Source: Eledone cirrhosa (taxonomy: Eukaryota). From it: a DNA stretch of 64,000 bases. Position 1 is the first letter of the stretch. Every line of letters begins with the position of its first letter. Of this stretch, positions 35,401 to 50,400 are shown in pieces. The notes beneath the pieces were generated by a model. That model searched no databases, was not told the origin of the DNA, and saw only the letters and a list, made by a program, of their open reading frames with translations. Made by a program: the position numbers and the translations under genes. The DNA is taken from contig CAXHJY010000517.1 of assembly GCA_964016885.1 (NCBI GenBank), forward strand, positions 62,001 to 126,000, written 5' to 3'.

Positions 35401-38400
35401 TAGACTGCTGTCTTTAAGGTTCAGTCATTAGACTGCTGTCTTTAAGGTTCGGTCATTAGACTGCTGTCTTTAAGGTTCAGTCATTAGACTGCTGTCTTTA
35501 TGGTTCGGTCATTCGACTGTTGTCTTTAAGGTTCAGTCATTAGACTGCTGTCTTTAAGGTTCAGTCATTAGACTGCTGCCTTCAAGGTTCAGTCATTTGA
35601 CTGTTGTCTTTAAGGTTCACTAATTCGACGGCTGTCTTTAAGTTTCAGTCATTAGACTGCTGTCTTTAAGGTTCAGTCATTAGACTGTTGTCTTTAAGGT
35701 TCAGTCATTAGACTGTTGTCTTTAAGGTTCAGTCATTAGACTGTTGGCTTTAAGGTTCAGTCATTAGACTGCTGTCTTTATGGTTCAGTCATTAGACTGT
35801 TGTCTTTAAGGTTCAGTCATTAGACTGCTGTCTTTAAGGTTCAGTCATTAGACTGCTGTCTTTAAGGTTTAGTCATTAGACTGTTGTCTTTAAGGTTCAC
35901 TCATTCGACTGCTGTCTTTAAGTTTCAGTCATTAGACTGCTGTCTTTAAGGTTCAGTCATTAGACTGCTGTCTTTAAGGTTCACTCATTAGACTGCTGTC
36001 TTTAAGGTTCGGTCATTAGACTGTTGTCTTTAAGGTTCAGTCATTAGACTGCTGTCTTTAAGGTTCAGTCAATAGACTGCTGTCTTTAAGGTTCAGTCAT
36101 TAGACTGCTGTCTTTAAGGTTCAGTCATTAGACTGCTGTCTTTAAGGTTCAGTCATTAGACTGCTGTCTTTAAGGTTTAGTCATTAGACTGCTGTCTTTA
36201 TGGTTCAGTCATTCGACTGTTGTCTTTATGTTTCAGTCATTCGACTGTTGTCTTTATGGTTCAGTCATTAGATTGTTGTCTTTAAGGTTTAGTCATTAGA
36301 CTGCTGTCTTTAAGGTTCAGTCATTAGACTGCTGTCTTTAAGGTTCAGTCATTAGACTGCTGTCTTTATGGTTCAGTCATTAGACTGTTGTCTTTAAGGT
36401 TCAGTCATTAGACTGCTGTCTTTAAGGTTCAGTCATTAGACTGCTGTCTTTAAGGTTTAGTCATTAGACTGTTGTCTTTAAGGTTCACTCATTCGACTGC
36501 TGTCTTTAAGTTTCAGTCATTAGACTGCTGTCTTTAAGGTTCAGTCATTAGACTGCTGTCTTTAAGGTTCACTCATTAGACTGCTGTCTTTAAGGTTCGG
36601 TCATTAGACTGTTGTCTTTAAGGTTCAGTCATTAGACTGCTGTCTTTAAGGTTCAGTCATTAGACTGCTGTCTTTAAGGTTCAGTCATTAGACTGCTGTC
36701 TTTAAGGTTCAGTCATTAGACTGCTGTCTTTAAGGTTCAGTCATTAGACTGCTGTCTTTAAGGTTTAGTCATTAGACTGCTGTCTTTATGGTTCAGTCAT
36801 TCGACTGTTGTCTTTATGTTTCAGTCATTCGACTGTTGTCTTTATGGTTCAGTCATTAGATTGTTGTCTTTAAGGTTTAGTCATTAGACTGCTGTCTTTA
36901 AGGTTCAGTCATTAGACTGCTGTCTTTAAGGTTCAGTCATTAGACTGCTGTCTTTATGGTTCAGTCATTAGACTGTTGTCTTTAAGGTTCAGTCATTAGA
37001 CTGCTGTCTTTAAGGTTCAGTCATTAGACTGCTGTCTTTAAGGTTCAGTCAATAGACTGTTGTCTTTAAGGTTCAGTCAGTAGACTGCTGTCTTTATGGT
37101 TCAGTCATTAGACTGTTGTCTTTAAGGTTCAGTCATTAGACTGCTGTCTTTAAGGTTCAGTCATTAGACTGCTGTCTTTAAGGTTCACTCATTCGACTGC
37201 TGTCTTTATGGTTCAGTCATTCGACTGTTGTCTTTATGGTTCAGTCATTAGACTGTTGTCTTTAAGGTTCAGTCATTAGACTTCTGTCTTTAAGGTTTAG
37301 TCATTAGACTGTTGTCTTTAAGGTTCACTAATTCGACGGCTGTCTTTAAGTTTCAGTCATTAGACTGCTGTCTTTAAGGTTCAGTCATTAGACTGTTGTC
37401 TTTAAGGTTCAGTGATTAGACTGTTGTCTTTAAGGTTCAGTCATTAGACTGTTGTCTTTAAGGTTCAGTCATTAGACTGCTGTCTTTATGGTTCAGTCAT
37501 TAGACTGTTGTCTTTAATGTTCAGTCATTAGACTGCTGTCTTTAAGGTTCAGTCATTAGACTGCTGTCTTTAAGGTTTAGTCATTAGACTGTTGTCTTTA
37601 AGGTTCACTCATTCGACTGCTGTCTTTAAGTTTCAGTCATTAGACTGCTGTCTTTAAGGTTCAGTCATTAGACTGCTGTCTTTAAGGTTCACTCATTAGA
37701 CTGCTGTCTTTAAGGTTCGGTCATTAGACTGTTGTCTTTAAGGTTCAGTCATTAGACTGCTGTCTTTAAGGTTCAGTCATTAGACTGCTGTCTTTAAGGT
37801 TCAGTCATTAGACTGCTGTCTTTAAGGTTCAGTCATTAGACTGCTGTCTTTAAGGTTCAGTCATTAGACTGCTGTCTTTAAGGTTTAGTCATTAGACTGC
37901 TGTCTTTATGGTTCAGTCATTCGACTGTTGTCTTTATGGTTCAGTCATTCGACTGTTGTCTTTATGGTTCAGTCATTAGACTGTTGTCTTTAAGGTTTAG
38001 TCATTAGACTGCTGTCTTTAAGGTTCAGTCATTAGACTGCTGTCTTTAAGGTTCAGTCATTAGACTGTTGTCTTTAAGGTTCAGTCATTAGACTGCTGTC
38101 TTTATGGTTCAGTCATTAGACTGTTGTCTTTAAGGTTCAGTCAGTAGACTGCTGTCTTTAAGGTTCAGTCATTAGACTGCTGTCTTTAAGTTTCAGTCAA
38201 TAGACTGTTGTCTTTAAGGTTCAGTCATTAGACTGTTGTCTTTAAGGTTCAGTCAGTAGACTGCTGTCTTTATGGTTCAGTCATTAGACTGTTGTCTTTA
38301 AGGTTCAGTCATTAGACTGCTGTCTTTAAGGTTCAGTCATTAGACTGCTGTCTTTAAGGTTCACTCATTCGACTGCTGTCTTTATGGTTCAGTCATTCGA

Positions 38401-41400
38401 CTGTTGTCTTTATGGTTCAGTCATTAGACTGTTGTCTTTAAGGTTCAGTCATTAGACTTCTGTCTTTAAGGTTTAGTCATTAGACTGCTGTCTTTAAGGT
38501 TCAGTCATTAGACTGTTGTCTTTAAGGTTTAGTCATTAGACTGCTGTCTTTAAGGTTCAGTCATTAGACTGCTGTCTTTAAGGTTCAGTCATTAGACTGT
38601 TGTCTTTAAGGTTCAGTCATTAGACTTCTGTCTTTAAGGTTTAGTCATTAGACTGCTGTCTTTAAGGTTTAGTCATTAGACTGCTGTCTTTAAGGTTCAG
38701 TCATTAGACTGCTGTCTTTAAGGTTCAGTCATTAGACTGCTGTCTTTAAGGTTCGGTCATTAGACTGCTGTCTTTAAGGTTCAGTCATTAGACTGCTGTC
38801 TTTATGGTTCGGTCATTCGACTGTTGTCTTTAAGGTTCAGTCATTAGACTGCTGTCTTTAAGGTTCAGTCATTAGACTGCTGCCTTCAAGGTTCAGTCAT
38901 TTGACTGTTGTCTTTAAGGTTCACTAATTCGACGGCTGTCTTTAAGGTTCAGTCATTAGACTGCTGTCTTTAAGGTTCACTCATTAGACCGCTGTCTTTA
39001 AGGTTCAGTCATTAGACTGCTGTTTTAAGGTTCAGTCATTAGACTGTTGTCTTTAAGGTTCAGTCATTAGACTTCTGTCTTTAAGGTTTAGTCATTAGAC
39101 TGCTGTCTTTAAGGTTTAGTCATTAGACTGCTGTCTTTAAGGTTCAGTCATTAGACTGCTGTCTTTAAGGTTCAGTCATTAGACTGCTGTCTTTAAGGTT
39201 CGGTCATTAGACTGCTGTCTTTAAGGTTCAGTCATTAGACTGCTGTCTTTATGGTTCGGTCATTCGACTGTTGTCTTTAAGGTTCAGTCATTAGACTGCT
39301 GTCTTTAAGGTTCAGTCATTAGACTGCTGCCTTCAAGGTTCAGTCATTTGACTGTTGTCTTTAAGGTTCACTAATTCGACGGCTGTCTTTAAGTTTCAGT
39401 CATTAGACTGCTGTCTTTAAGGTTCAGTCATTAGACTGTTGTCTTTAAGGTTCAGTCATTAGACTGTTGTCTTTAAGGTTCAGTCATTAGACTGTTGGCT
39501 TTAAGGTTCAGTCATTAGACTGCTGTCTTTATGGTTCAGTCATTAGACTGTTGTCTTTAAGGTTCAGTCATTAGACTGCTGTCTTTAAGGTTCAGTCATT
39601 AGACTGCTGTCTTTAAGGTTTAGTCATTAGACTGTTGTCTTTAAGGTTCACTCATTCGACTGCTGTCTTTAAGTTTCAGTCATTAGACTGCTGTCTTTAA
39701 GGTTCAGTCATTAGACTGCTGTCTTTAAGGTTCACTCATTAGACTGCTGTCTTTAAGGTTCGGTCATTAGACTGTTGTCTTTAAGGTTCAGTCATTAGAC
39801 TGCTGTCTTTAAGGTTCAGTCAATAGACTGCTGTCTTTAAGGTTCAGTCATTAGACTGCTGTCTTTAAGGTTCAGTCATTAGACTGCTGTCTTTAAGGTT
39901 CAGTCATTAGACTGCTGTCTTTAAGGTTTAGTCATTAGACTGCTGTCTTTATGGTTCAGTCATTCGACTGTTGTCTTTATGTTTCAGTCATTCGACTGTT
40001 GTCTTTATGGTTCAGTCATTAGATTGTTGTCTTTAAGGTTTAGTCATTAGACTGCTGTCTTTAAGGTTCAGTCATTAGACTGCTGTCTTTAAGGTTCAGT
40101 CATTAGACTGCTGTCTTTATGGTTCAGTCATTAGACTGTTGTCTTTAAGGTTCAGTCATTAGACTGCTGTCTTTAAGGTTCAGTCATTAGACTGCTGTCT
40201 TTAAGGTTTAGTCATTAGACTGTTGTCTTTAAGGTTCACTCATTCGACTGCTGTCTTTAAGTTTCAGTCATTAGACTGCTGTCTTTAAGGTTCAGTCATT
40301 AGACTGCTGTCTTTAAGGTTCACTCATTAGACTGCTGTCTTTAAGGTTCGGTCATTAGACTGTTGTCTTTAAGGTTCAGTCATTAGACTGCTGTCTTTAA
40401 GGTTCAGTCATTAGACTGCTGTCTTTAAGGTTCAGTCATTAGACTGCTGTCTTTAAGGTTCAGTCATTAGACTGCTGTCTTTAAGGTTCAGTCATTAGAC
40501 TGCTGTCTTTAAGGTTTAGTCATTAGACTGCTGTCTTTATGGTTCAGTCATTCGACTGTTGTCTTTATGTTTCAGTCATTCGACTGTTGTCTTTATGGTT
40601 CAGTCATTAGATTGTTGTCTTTAAGGTTTAGTCATTAGACTGCTGTCTTTAAGGTTCAGTCATTAGACTGCTGTCTTTAAGGTTCAGTCATTAGACTGCT
40701 GTCTTTATGGTTCAGTCATTAGACTGTTGTCTTTAAGGTTCAGTCATTAGACTGCTGTCTTTAAGGTTCAGTCATTAGACTGCTGTCTTTAAGGTTCAGT
40801 CAATAGACTGTTGTCTTTAAGGTTCAGTCAGTAGACTGCTGTCTTTATGGTTCAGTCATTAGACTGTTGTCTTTAAGGTTCAGTCATTAGACTGCTGTCT
40901 TTAAGGTTCAGTCATTAGACTGCTGTCTTTAAGGTTCACTCATTCGACTGCTGTCTTTATGGTTCAGTCATTCGACTGTTGTCTTTATGGTTCAGTCATT
41001 AGACTGTTGTCTTTAAGGTTCAGTCATTAGACTTCTGTCTTTAAGGTTTAGTCATTAGACTGCTGTCTTTAAGGTTCAGTCATTAGACTGTTGTCTTTAA
41101 GGTTCAGTCATTAGACTGCTGTCTTTAAGGTTCGGTCATTAGACTGCTGTCTTTAAGGTTCAGTCATTAGACTGCTGTCTTTATGGTTCGGTCATTCGAC
41201 TGTTGTCTTTAAGGTTCAGTCATTAGACTGCTGTCTTTAAGGTTCAGTCATTAGACTGCTGCCTTCAAGGTTCAGTCATTTGACTCTTGTCTTTAAGGTT
41301 CACTAATTCGACGGCTGTCTTTAAGGTTCAGTCATTAGACTGCTCTCTTTAAGGTTCACTCATTAGACCGCTGTCTTTAAGGTTCAGTCATTAGACTGCT

Positions 41401-44400
41401 GTTTTAAGGTTCAGTCATTAGACTGTTGTCTTTAAGGTTCAGTCATTAGACTTCTGTCTTTAAGGTTTAGTCATTAGACTGCTGTCTTTAAGGTTTAGTC
41501 ATTAGACTGCTGTCTTTAAGGTTTAGTCATTAGACTGCTGTCTTTAAGTTTCAGTCATTAGACTGATGTCTTTAAGGTTCAGTCATTAGACTGTTGTCTT
41601 TAAGGTTCAGTGATTAGACTGTTGTCTTTAAGGTTCAGTCATTAGACTGTTGTCTTTAAGGTTCAGTCATTAGACTGCTGTCTTTATGGTTCAGTCATTA
41701 GACTGTTGTCTTTAATGTTCAGTCATTAGACTGCTGTCTTTAAGGTTCAGTCATTAGACTGCTGTCTTTAAGGTTTAGTCATTAGACTGTTGTCTTTAAG
41801 GTTCACTCATTCGACTGCTGTCTTTAAGTTTCAGTCATTAGACTGCTGTCTTTAAGGTTCAGTCATTAGACTGCTGTCTTTAAGGTTCACTCATTAGACT
41901 GCTGTCTTTAAGGTTCGGTCATTAGACTGTTGTCTTTAAGGTTCAGTCGTTAGACTGCTGTCTTTAAGGTTCAGTCATTAGACTGCTGTCTTTAAGGTTC
42001 AGTCATTAGACTGCTGTCTTTAAGGTTCAGTCATTAGACTGCTGTCTTTAAGGTTCAGTCATTAGACTGCTGTCTTTAAGGTTTAGTCATTAGACTGCTG
42101 TCTTTATGGTTCAGTCATTCGACTGTTGTCTTTATGGTTCAGTCATTCGACTGTTGTCTTTATGGTTCAGTCATTAGACTGTTGTCTTTAAGGTTTAGTC
42201 ATTAGACTGCTGTCTTTAAGGTTCAGTCATTAGACTGCTGTCTTTAAGGTTCAGTCATTAGACTGTTGTCTTTAAGGTTCAGTCATTAGACTGATGTCTT
42301 TATGGTTCAGTCATTAGACTGTTGTCTTTAAGGTTCAGTCAGTAGACTGCTGTCTTTAAGGTTCAGTCATTAGACTGCTGTCTTTAAGTTTCAGTCAATA
42401 GACTGTTGTCTTTAAGGTTCAGTCATTAGACTGTTGTCTTTAAGGTTCAGTCAGTAGACTGCTGTCTTTATGGTTCAGTCATTAGACTGTTGTCTTTAAG
42501 GTTCAGTCATTAGACTGCTGTCTTTAAGGTTCAGTCATTAGACTGCTGTCTTTAAGGTTCACTCATTCGACTGCTGTCTTTATGGTTCAGTCATTCGACT
42601 GTTGTCTTTATGGTTCAGTCATTAGACTGTTGTCTTTAAGGTTCAGTCATTAGACTTCTGTCTTTAAGGTTTAGTCATTAGACTGCTGTCTTTAAGGTTC
42701 AGTCATTAGACTGTTGTCTTTAAGGTTCAGTCATTAGACTGTTGTCTTTAAGGTTTAGTCATTAGACTGCTGTCTTTAAGGTTCAGTCATTAGACTGCTG
42801 TCTTTAAGGTTCAGTCATTAGACTGTTGTCTTTAAGGTTCAGTCATTAGACTTCTGTCTTTAAGGTTTAGTCATTAGACTGCTGTCTTTAAGGTTTAGTC
42901 ATTAGACTGCTGTCTTTAAGGTTCAGTCATTAGACTGCTGTCTTTAAGGTTCAGTCATTAGACTGCTGTCTTTAAGGTTCGGTCATTAGACTGCTGTCTT
43001 TAAGGTTCAGTCATTAGACTGCTGTCTTTATGGTTCGGTCATTCGACTGTTGTCTTTAAGGTTCAGTCATTAGACTGCTGTCTTTAAGGTTCAGTCATTA
43101 GACTGCTGCCTTCAAGGTTCAGTCATTTGACTGTTGTCTTTAAGGTTCACTAATTCGACGGCTGTCTTTAAGGTTCAGTCATTAGACTGCTGTCTTTAAG
43201 GTTCACTCATTAGACCGCTGTCTTTAAGGTTCAGTCATTAGACTGCTGTTTTAAGGTTCAGTCATTAGACTGTTGTCTTTAAGGTTCAGTCATTAGACTG
43301 CTGTCTTTAAGGTTCAGTCATTAGACTGCTGTCTTTAAGGTTCAGTCATTAGACTGCTGTCTTTAAGGTTCAGTCATTAGACTGTTGTCTTTAAGGTTCA
43401 GTCATTAGACTGTTGTCTTTAAGGTTCAGTCAGTAGACTGCTGTCTTTATGGTTCAGTCATTAGACTGTTGTCTTTAAGGTTCAGTCATTAGACTGCTGT
43501 CTTTAAGGTTCAGTCTTTAGACTGCTGTCTTTAAGGTTCACTCATTCGACTGCTGTCTTTATGGTTCAGTCATTCGACCGTTGTCTTTATGGTTCAGTCA
43601 TTAGACTGTTGTCTTTAAGGTTCAGTCATTAGACTTCTGTCTTTAAGGTTTAGTCGTTAGACTGCTGTCTTTAAGGTTCAGTCATTAGACAGTTGTCTTT
43701 AAGCTTCAGTCATTAGACTGTTGTCTTTAAGGTTTAGTCATTAGACTGCTGTCTTTAAGGTTCAGTCATTAGACTGCTGTCTTTAAGGTTCAGTCATTAG
43801 ACTGTTGTCTTTAAGGTTCAGTCATTAGACTTCTGTCTTTAAGGTTTAGTCATTAGACTGCTGTCTTTAAGGTTTAGTCATTAGACTGCTGTCTTTAAGG
43901 TTCAGTCATTAGACTGCTGTCTTTAAGGTTCAGTCATTAGACTGCTGTCTTTAAGGTTCGGTCATTAGACTGCTGTCTTTAAGGTTCAGTCATTAGACTG
44001 CTGTCTTTATGGTTCGGTCATTCGACTGTTGTCTTTAAGGTTCAGTCATTAGACTGCTGTCTTTAAGGTTCAGCCATTAGACTGCTGCCTTCAAGGTTCA
44101 GTCATTTGACTGTTGTCTTTAAGGTTCACTAATTCGACGGCTGTCTTTAAGTTTCAGTCATTAGACTGCTGTCTTTAAGGTTCAGTCATTAGACTGTTGT
44201 CTTTAAGGTTCAGTGATTAGACTGTTGTCTTTAAGGTTCAGTCATTAGACTGTTGTCTTTAAGGTTCAGTCATTAGACTGCTGTCTTTATGGTTCAGTCA
44301 TTAGACTGTTGTCTTTAATGTTCAGTCATTAGACTGCTGTCTTTAAGGTTCAGTCATTAGACTGCTGTTTTAAGGTTCAGTCATTAGACTGTTGTCTTTA

Positions 44401-47400
44401 AGGTTCAGTCATTAGACTGCTGTCTTTAAGGTTTAGTCATTAGACTGCTGTCTTTAAGGTTCAGTCATTAGACTGCTGTCTTTAAGGTTCAGTCATTAGA
44501 CTGCTGTCTTTAAGGTTCAGTCATTAGACTGTTGTCTTTAAGGTTCAGTCATTAGACTGTTGTCTTTAAGGTTCAGTCAGTAGACTGCTGTCTTTATGGT
44601 TCAGTCATTAGACTGTTGTCTTTAAGGTTCAGTCATTAGACTGCTGTCTTTAAGGTTCAGTCTTTGGACTGCTGTCTTTAAGGTTCACTCATTCGACTGC
44701 TGTCTTTATGGTTCAGTCATTCGACCGTTGTCTTTATGGTTCAGTCATTAGACTGTTGTCTTTAAGGTTCAGTCATTAGACTTCTGTCTTTAAGGTTTAG
44801 TCGTTAGACTGCTGTCTTTAAGGTTCAGTCATTAGACAGTTGTCTTTAAGGTTCAGTCATTAGACTGTTGTCTTTAAGGTTTAGTCATTAGACTGCTGTC
44901 TTTAAGGTTCAGTCATTAGACTGCTGTCTTTAAGGTTCAGTCATTAGACTGTTGTCTTTAAGGTTCAGTCATTAGACTTCTGTCTTTAAGGTTTAGTCAT
45001 TAGACTGCTGTCTTTAAGGTTTAGTCATTAGACTGCTGTCTTTAAGGTTCAGTCATTAGACTGCTGTCTTTAAGGTTCAGTCATTAGACTGCTGTCTTTA
45101 AGGTTCGGTCATTAGACTGCTGTCTTTAAGGTTCAGTCATTAGACTGCTGTCTTTATGGTTCGGTCATTCGACTGTTGTCTTTAAGGTTCAGTCATTAGA
45201 CTGCTGTCTTTAAGGTTCAGCCATTAGACTGCTGCCTTCAAGGTTCAGTCATTTGACTGTTGTCTTTAAGGTTCACTAATTCGACGGCTGTCTTTAAGTT
45301 TCAGTCATTAGACTGCTGTCTTTAAGGTTCAGTCATTAGACTGTTGTCTTTAAGGTTCAGTGATTAGACTGTTGTCTTTAAGGTTCAGTCATTAGACTGT
45401 TGTCTTTAAGGTTCAGTCATTAGACTGCTGTCTTTATGGTTCAGTCATTAGACTGTTGTCTTTAATGTTCAGTCATTAGACTGCTGTCTTTAAGGTTCAG
45501 TCATTAGACTGCTGTCTTTAAGGTTTAGTCATTAGACTGTTGTCTTTAAGGTTCACTCATTCGACTGCTGTCTTTAAGTTTCAGTCATTAGACTGCTGTC
45601 TTTAAGGTTCAGTCATTAGACTGCTGTCTTTAAGGTTCACTCATTAGACTGCTGTCTTTAAGGTTCGGTCATTAGACTGTTGTCTTTAAGGTTCAGTCAT
45701 TAGACTGCTGTCTTTAAGGTTCAGTCATTAGACTGCTGTCTTTAAGGTTCAGTCATTAGACTGCTGTCTTTAAGGTTCAGTCATTAGACTGCTGTCTTTA
45801 AGGTTCAGTCATTAGACTGCTGTCTTTAAGGTTTAGTCATTAGACTGCTGTCTTTATGGTTCAGTCATTCGACTGTTGTCTTTATGGTTCAGTCATTCGA
45901 CTGTTGTCTTTATGGTTCAGTCATTAGACTGCTGTCTTTAAGGTTTAGTCATTAGACTGCTGTCTTTAAGGTTCAGTCATTAGACTGCTGTCTTTAAGGT
46001 TCAGTCATTAGACTGCTGTCTTTAAGGTTCGGTCATTAGACTGCTGTCTTTAAGGTTCAGTCATTAGACTGCTGTCTTTATGGTTCGGTCATTCGACTGT
46101 TGTCTTTAAGGTTCAGTCATTAGACTGCTGTCTTTAAGGTTCAGTCATTAGACTGCTGCCTTCAAGGTTCAGTCATTTGACTGTTGTCTTTAAGGTTCAC
46201 TAATTCGACGGCTGTCTTTAAGGTTCAGTCATTAGACTGCTGTCTTTAAGGTTCACTCATTAGACCGCTGTCTTTAAGGTTCAGTCATTAGACTGCTGTT
46301 TTAAGGTTCAGTCATTAGACTGTTGTCTTTAAGGTTCAGTCATTAGACTGCTGTCTTTAAGGTTCAGTCATTAGACTGCTGTCTTTAAGGTTCAGTCATT
46401 AGACTGCTGTCTTTAAGGTTCAGTCATTAGACTGTTGTCTTTAAGGTTCAGTCATTAGACCGTTGTCTTTAAGGTTCAGTCAGTAGACTGCTGTCTTTAT
46501 GGTTCAGTCATTAGACTGTTGTCTTTAAGGTTCAGTCATTAGACTGCTGTCTTTAAGGTTCAGTCTTTAGACTGCTGTCTTTAAGGTTCACTCATTCGAC
46601 TGCTGTCTTTATGGTTCAGTCATTCGACCGTTGTCTTTATGGTTCAGTCATTAGACTGTTGTCTTTAAGGTTCAGTCATTAGACTTCTGTCTTTAAGGTT
46701 TAGTCGTTAGACTGCTGTCTTTAAGGTTCAGTCATTAGACAGTTGTCTTTAAGGTTCAGTCATTAGACTGTTGTCTTTAAGGTTTAGTCATTAGACTGCT
46801 GTCTTTAAGGTTCAGTCATTAGACTGCTGTCTTTAAGGTTCAGTCATTAGACTGTTGTCTTTAAGGTTCAGTCATTAGACTTCTGTCTTTAAGGTTTAGT
46901 CATTAGACTGCTGTCTTTAAGGTTTAGTCATTAGACTGCTGTCTTTAAGGTTCAGTCATTAGACTGCTGTCTTTAAGGTTCAGTCATTAGACTGCTGTCT
47001 TTAAGGTTCGGTCATTAGACTGCTGTCTTTAAGGTTCAGTCATTAGACTGCTGTCTTTATGGTTCGGTCATTCGACTGTTGTCTTTAAGGTTCAGTCATT
47101 AGACTGCTGTCTTTAAGGTTCAGCCATTAGACTGCTGCCTTCAAGGTTCAGTCATTTGACTGTTGTCTTTAAGGTTCACTAATTCGACGGCTGTCTTTAA
47201 GTTTCAGTCATTAGACTGCTGTCTTTAAGGTTCAGTCATTAGACTGTTGTCTTTAAGGTTCAGTGATTAGACTGTTGTCTTTAAGGTTCAGTCATTAGAC
47301 TGTTGTCTTTAAGGTTCAGTCATTAGACTGCTGTCTTTATGGTTCAGTCATTAGACTGTTGTCTTTAATGTTCAGTCATTAGACTGCTGTCTTTAAGGTT

Positions 47401-50400
47401 CAGTCATTAGACTGCTGTTTTAAGGTTCAGTCATTAGACTGTTGTCTTTAAGGTTCAGTCATTAGACTGCTGTCTTTAAGGTTTAGTCATTAGACTGCTG
47501 TCTTTAAGGTTCAGTCATTAGACTGCTGTCTTTAAGGTTCAGTCATTAGACTGCTGTCTTTAAGGTTCAGTCATTAGACTGTTGTCTTTAAGGTTCAGTC
47601 ATTAGACTGTTGTCTTTAAGGTTCAGTCAGTAGACTGCTGTCTTTATGGTTCAGTCATTAGACTGTTGTCTTTAAGGTTCAGTCATTAGACTGCTGTCTT
47701 TAAGGTTCAGTCTTTGGACTGCTGTCTTTAAGGTTCACTCATTCGACTGCTGTCTTTATGGTTCAGTCATTCGACCGTTGTCTTTATGGTTCAGTCATTA
47801 GACTGTTGTCTTTAAGGTTCAGTCATTAGACTTCTGTCTTTAAGGTTTAGTCGTTAGACTGCTGTCTTTAAGGTTCAGTCATTAGACAGTTGTCTTTAAG
47901 GTTCAGTCATTAGACTGTTGTCTTTAAGGTTTAGTCATTAGACTGCTGTCTTTAAGGTTCAGTCATTAGACTGCTGTCTTTAAGGTTCAGTCATTAGACT
48001 GTTGTCTTTAAGGTTCAGTCATTAGACTTCTGTCTTTAAGGTTTAGTCATTAGACTGCTGTCTTTAAGGTTTAGTCATTAGACTGCTGTCTTTAAGGTTC
48101 AGTCATTAGACTGCTGTCTTTAAGGTTCAGTCATTAGACTGCTGTCTTTAAGGTTCGGTCATTAGACTGCTGTCTTTAAGGTTCAGTCATTAGACTGCTG
48201 TCTTTATGGTTCGGTCATTCGACTGTTGTCTTTAAGGTTCAGTCATTAGACTGCTGTCTTTAAGGTTCAGCCATTAGACTGCTGCCTTCAAGGTTCAGTC
48301 ATTTGACTGTTGTCTTTAAGGTTCACTAATTCGACGGCTGTCTTTAAGTTTCAGTCATTAGACTGCTGTCTTTAAGGTTCAGTCATTAGACTGTTGTCTT
48401 TAAGGTTCAGTCATTAGACTGTTGTCTTTAAGGTTCAGTCATTAGACTGCTGTCTTTATGGTTCAGTCATTAGACTGTTGTCTTTAATGTTCAGTCATTA
48501 GACTGCTGTCTTTAAGGTTCAGTCATTAGACTGCTGTCTTTAAGGTTTAGTCATTAGACTGTTGTCTTTAAGGTTCACTCATTCGACTGCTGTCTTTAAG
48601 TTTCAGTCATTAGACTGCTGTCTTTAAGGTTCAGTCATTAGACTGCTGTCTTTAAGGTTCACTCATTAGACTGCTGTCTTTAAGGTTCGGTCATTAGACT
48701 GTTGTCTTTAAGGTTCAGTCATTAGACTGCTGTCTTTAAGGTTCAGTCATTAGACTGCTGTCTTTAAGGTTCAGTCATTAGACTGCTGTCTTTAAGGTTC
48801 AGTCATTAGACTGCTGTCTTTAAGGTTCAGTCATTAGACTGCTGTCTTTAAGGTTTAGTCATTAGACTGCTGTCTTTATGGTTCAGTCATTCGACTGTTG
48901 TCTTTATGGTTCAGTCATTCGACTGTTGTCTTTATGGTTCAGTCATTAGACTGTTGTCTTTAAGGTTTAGTCATTAGACTGCTGTCTTTAAGGTTCAGTC
49001 ATTAGACTGCTGTCTTTAAGGTTCAGTCATTAGACTGTTGTCTTTAAGGTTCAGTCATTAGACTGCTGTCTTTATGGTTCAGTCATTAGACTGTTGTCTT
49101 TAAGGTTCAGTCAGTAGACTGCTGTCTTTAAGGTTCAGTCATTAGACTGCTGTCTTTAAGTTTCAGTCAATAGACTGTTGTCTTTAAGGTTCAGTCATTA
49201 GACTGTTGTCTTTAAGGTTCAGTCAGTAGACTGCTGTCTTTATGGTTCAGTCATTAGACTGTTGTCTTTAAGGTTCAGTCATTAGACTGCTGTCTTTAAG
49301 GTTCAGTCATTAGACTGCTGTCTTTAAGGTTCACTCATTCGACTGCTGTCTTTATGGTTCAGTCATTCGACTGTTGTCTTTATGGTTCAGTCATTAGACT
49401 GTTGTCTTTAAGGTTCAGTCATTAGACTTCTGTCTTTAAGGTTTAGTCATTAGACTGCTGTCTTTAAGGTTCAGTCATTAGACTGTTGTCTTTAAGGTTT
49501 AGTCATTAGACTGCTGTCTTTAAGGTTCAGTCATTAGACTGCTGTCTTTAAGGTTCAGTCATTAGACTGTTGTCTTTAAGGTTCAGTCATTAGACTTCTG
49601 TCTTTAAGGTTTAGTCATTAGACTGCTGTCTTTAAGGTTTAGTCATTAGACTGCTGTCTTTAAGGTTCAGTCATTAGACTGCTGTCTTTAAGGTTCAGTC
49701 ATTAGACTGCTGTCTTTAAGGTTCGGTCATTAGACTGCTGTCTTTAAGGTTCAGTCATTAGACTGCTGTCTTTATGGTTCGGTCATTCGACTGTTGTCTT
49801 TAAGGTTCAGTCATTAGACTGCTGTCTTTAAGGTTCAGTCATTAGACTGCTGCCTTCAAGGTTCAGTCATTTGACTGTTGTCTTTAAGGTTCACTAATTC
49901 GACGGCTGTCTTTAAGGTTCAGTCATTAGACTGCTGTCTTTAAGGTTCACTCATTAGACCGCTGTCTTTAAGGTTCAGTCATTAGACTGCTGTTTTAAGG
50001 TTCAGTCATTAGACTGTTGTCTTTAAGGTTCAGTCATTAGACTTCTGTCTTTAAGGTTTAGTCATTAGACTGCTGTCTTTAAGGTTTAGTCATTAGACTG
50101 CTGTCTTTAAGGTTCAGTCATTAGACTGCTGTCTTTAAGGTTCAGTCATTAGACTGCTGTCTTTAAGGTTCGGTCATTAGACTGCTGTCTTTAAGGTTCA
50201 GTCATTAGACTGCTGTCTTTATGGTTCGGTCATTCGACTGTTGTCTTTAAGGTTCAGTCATTAGACTGCTGTCTTTAAGGTTCAGTCATTAGACTGCTGC
50301 CTTCAAGGTTCAGTCATTTGACTGTTGTCTTTAAGGTTCACTAATTCGACGGTTGTCTTTAAGTTTCAGTCATTAGACTGCTGTCTTTAAGGTTCAGTCA

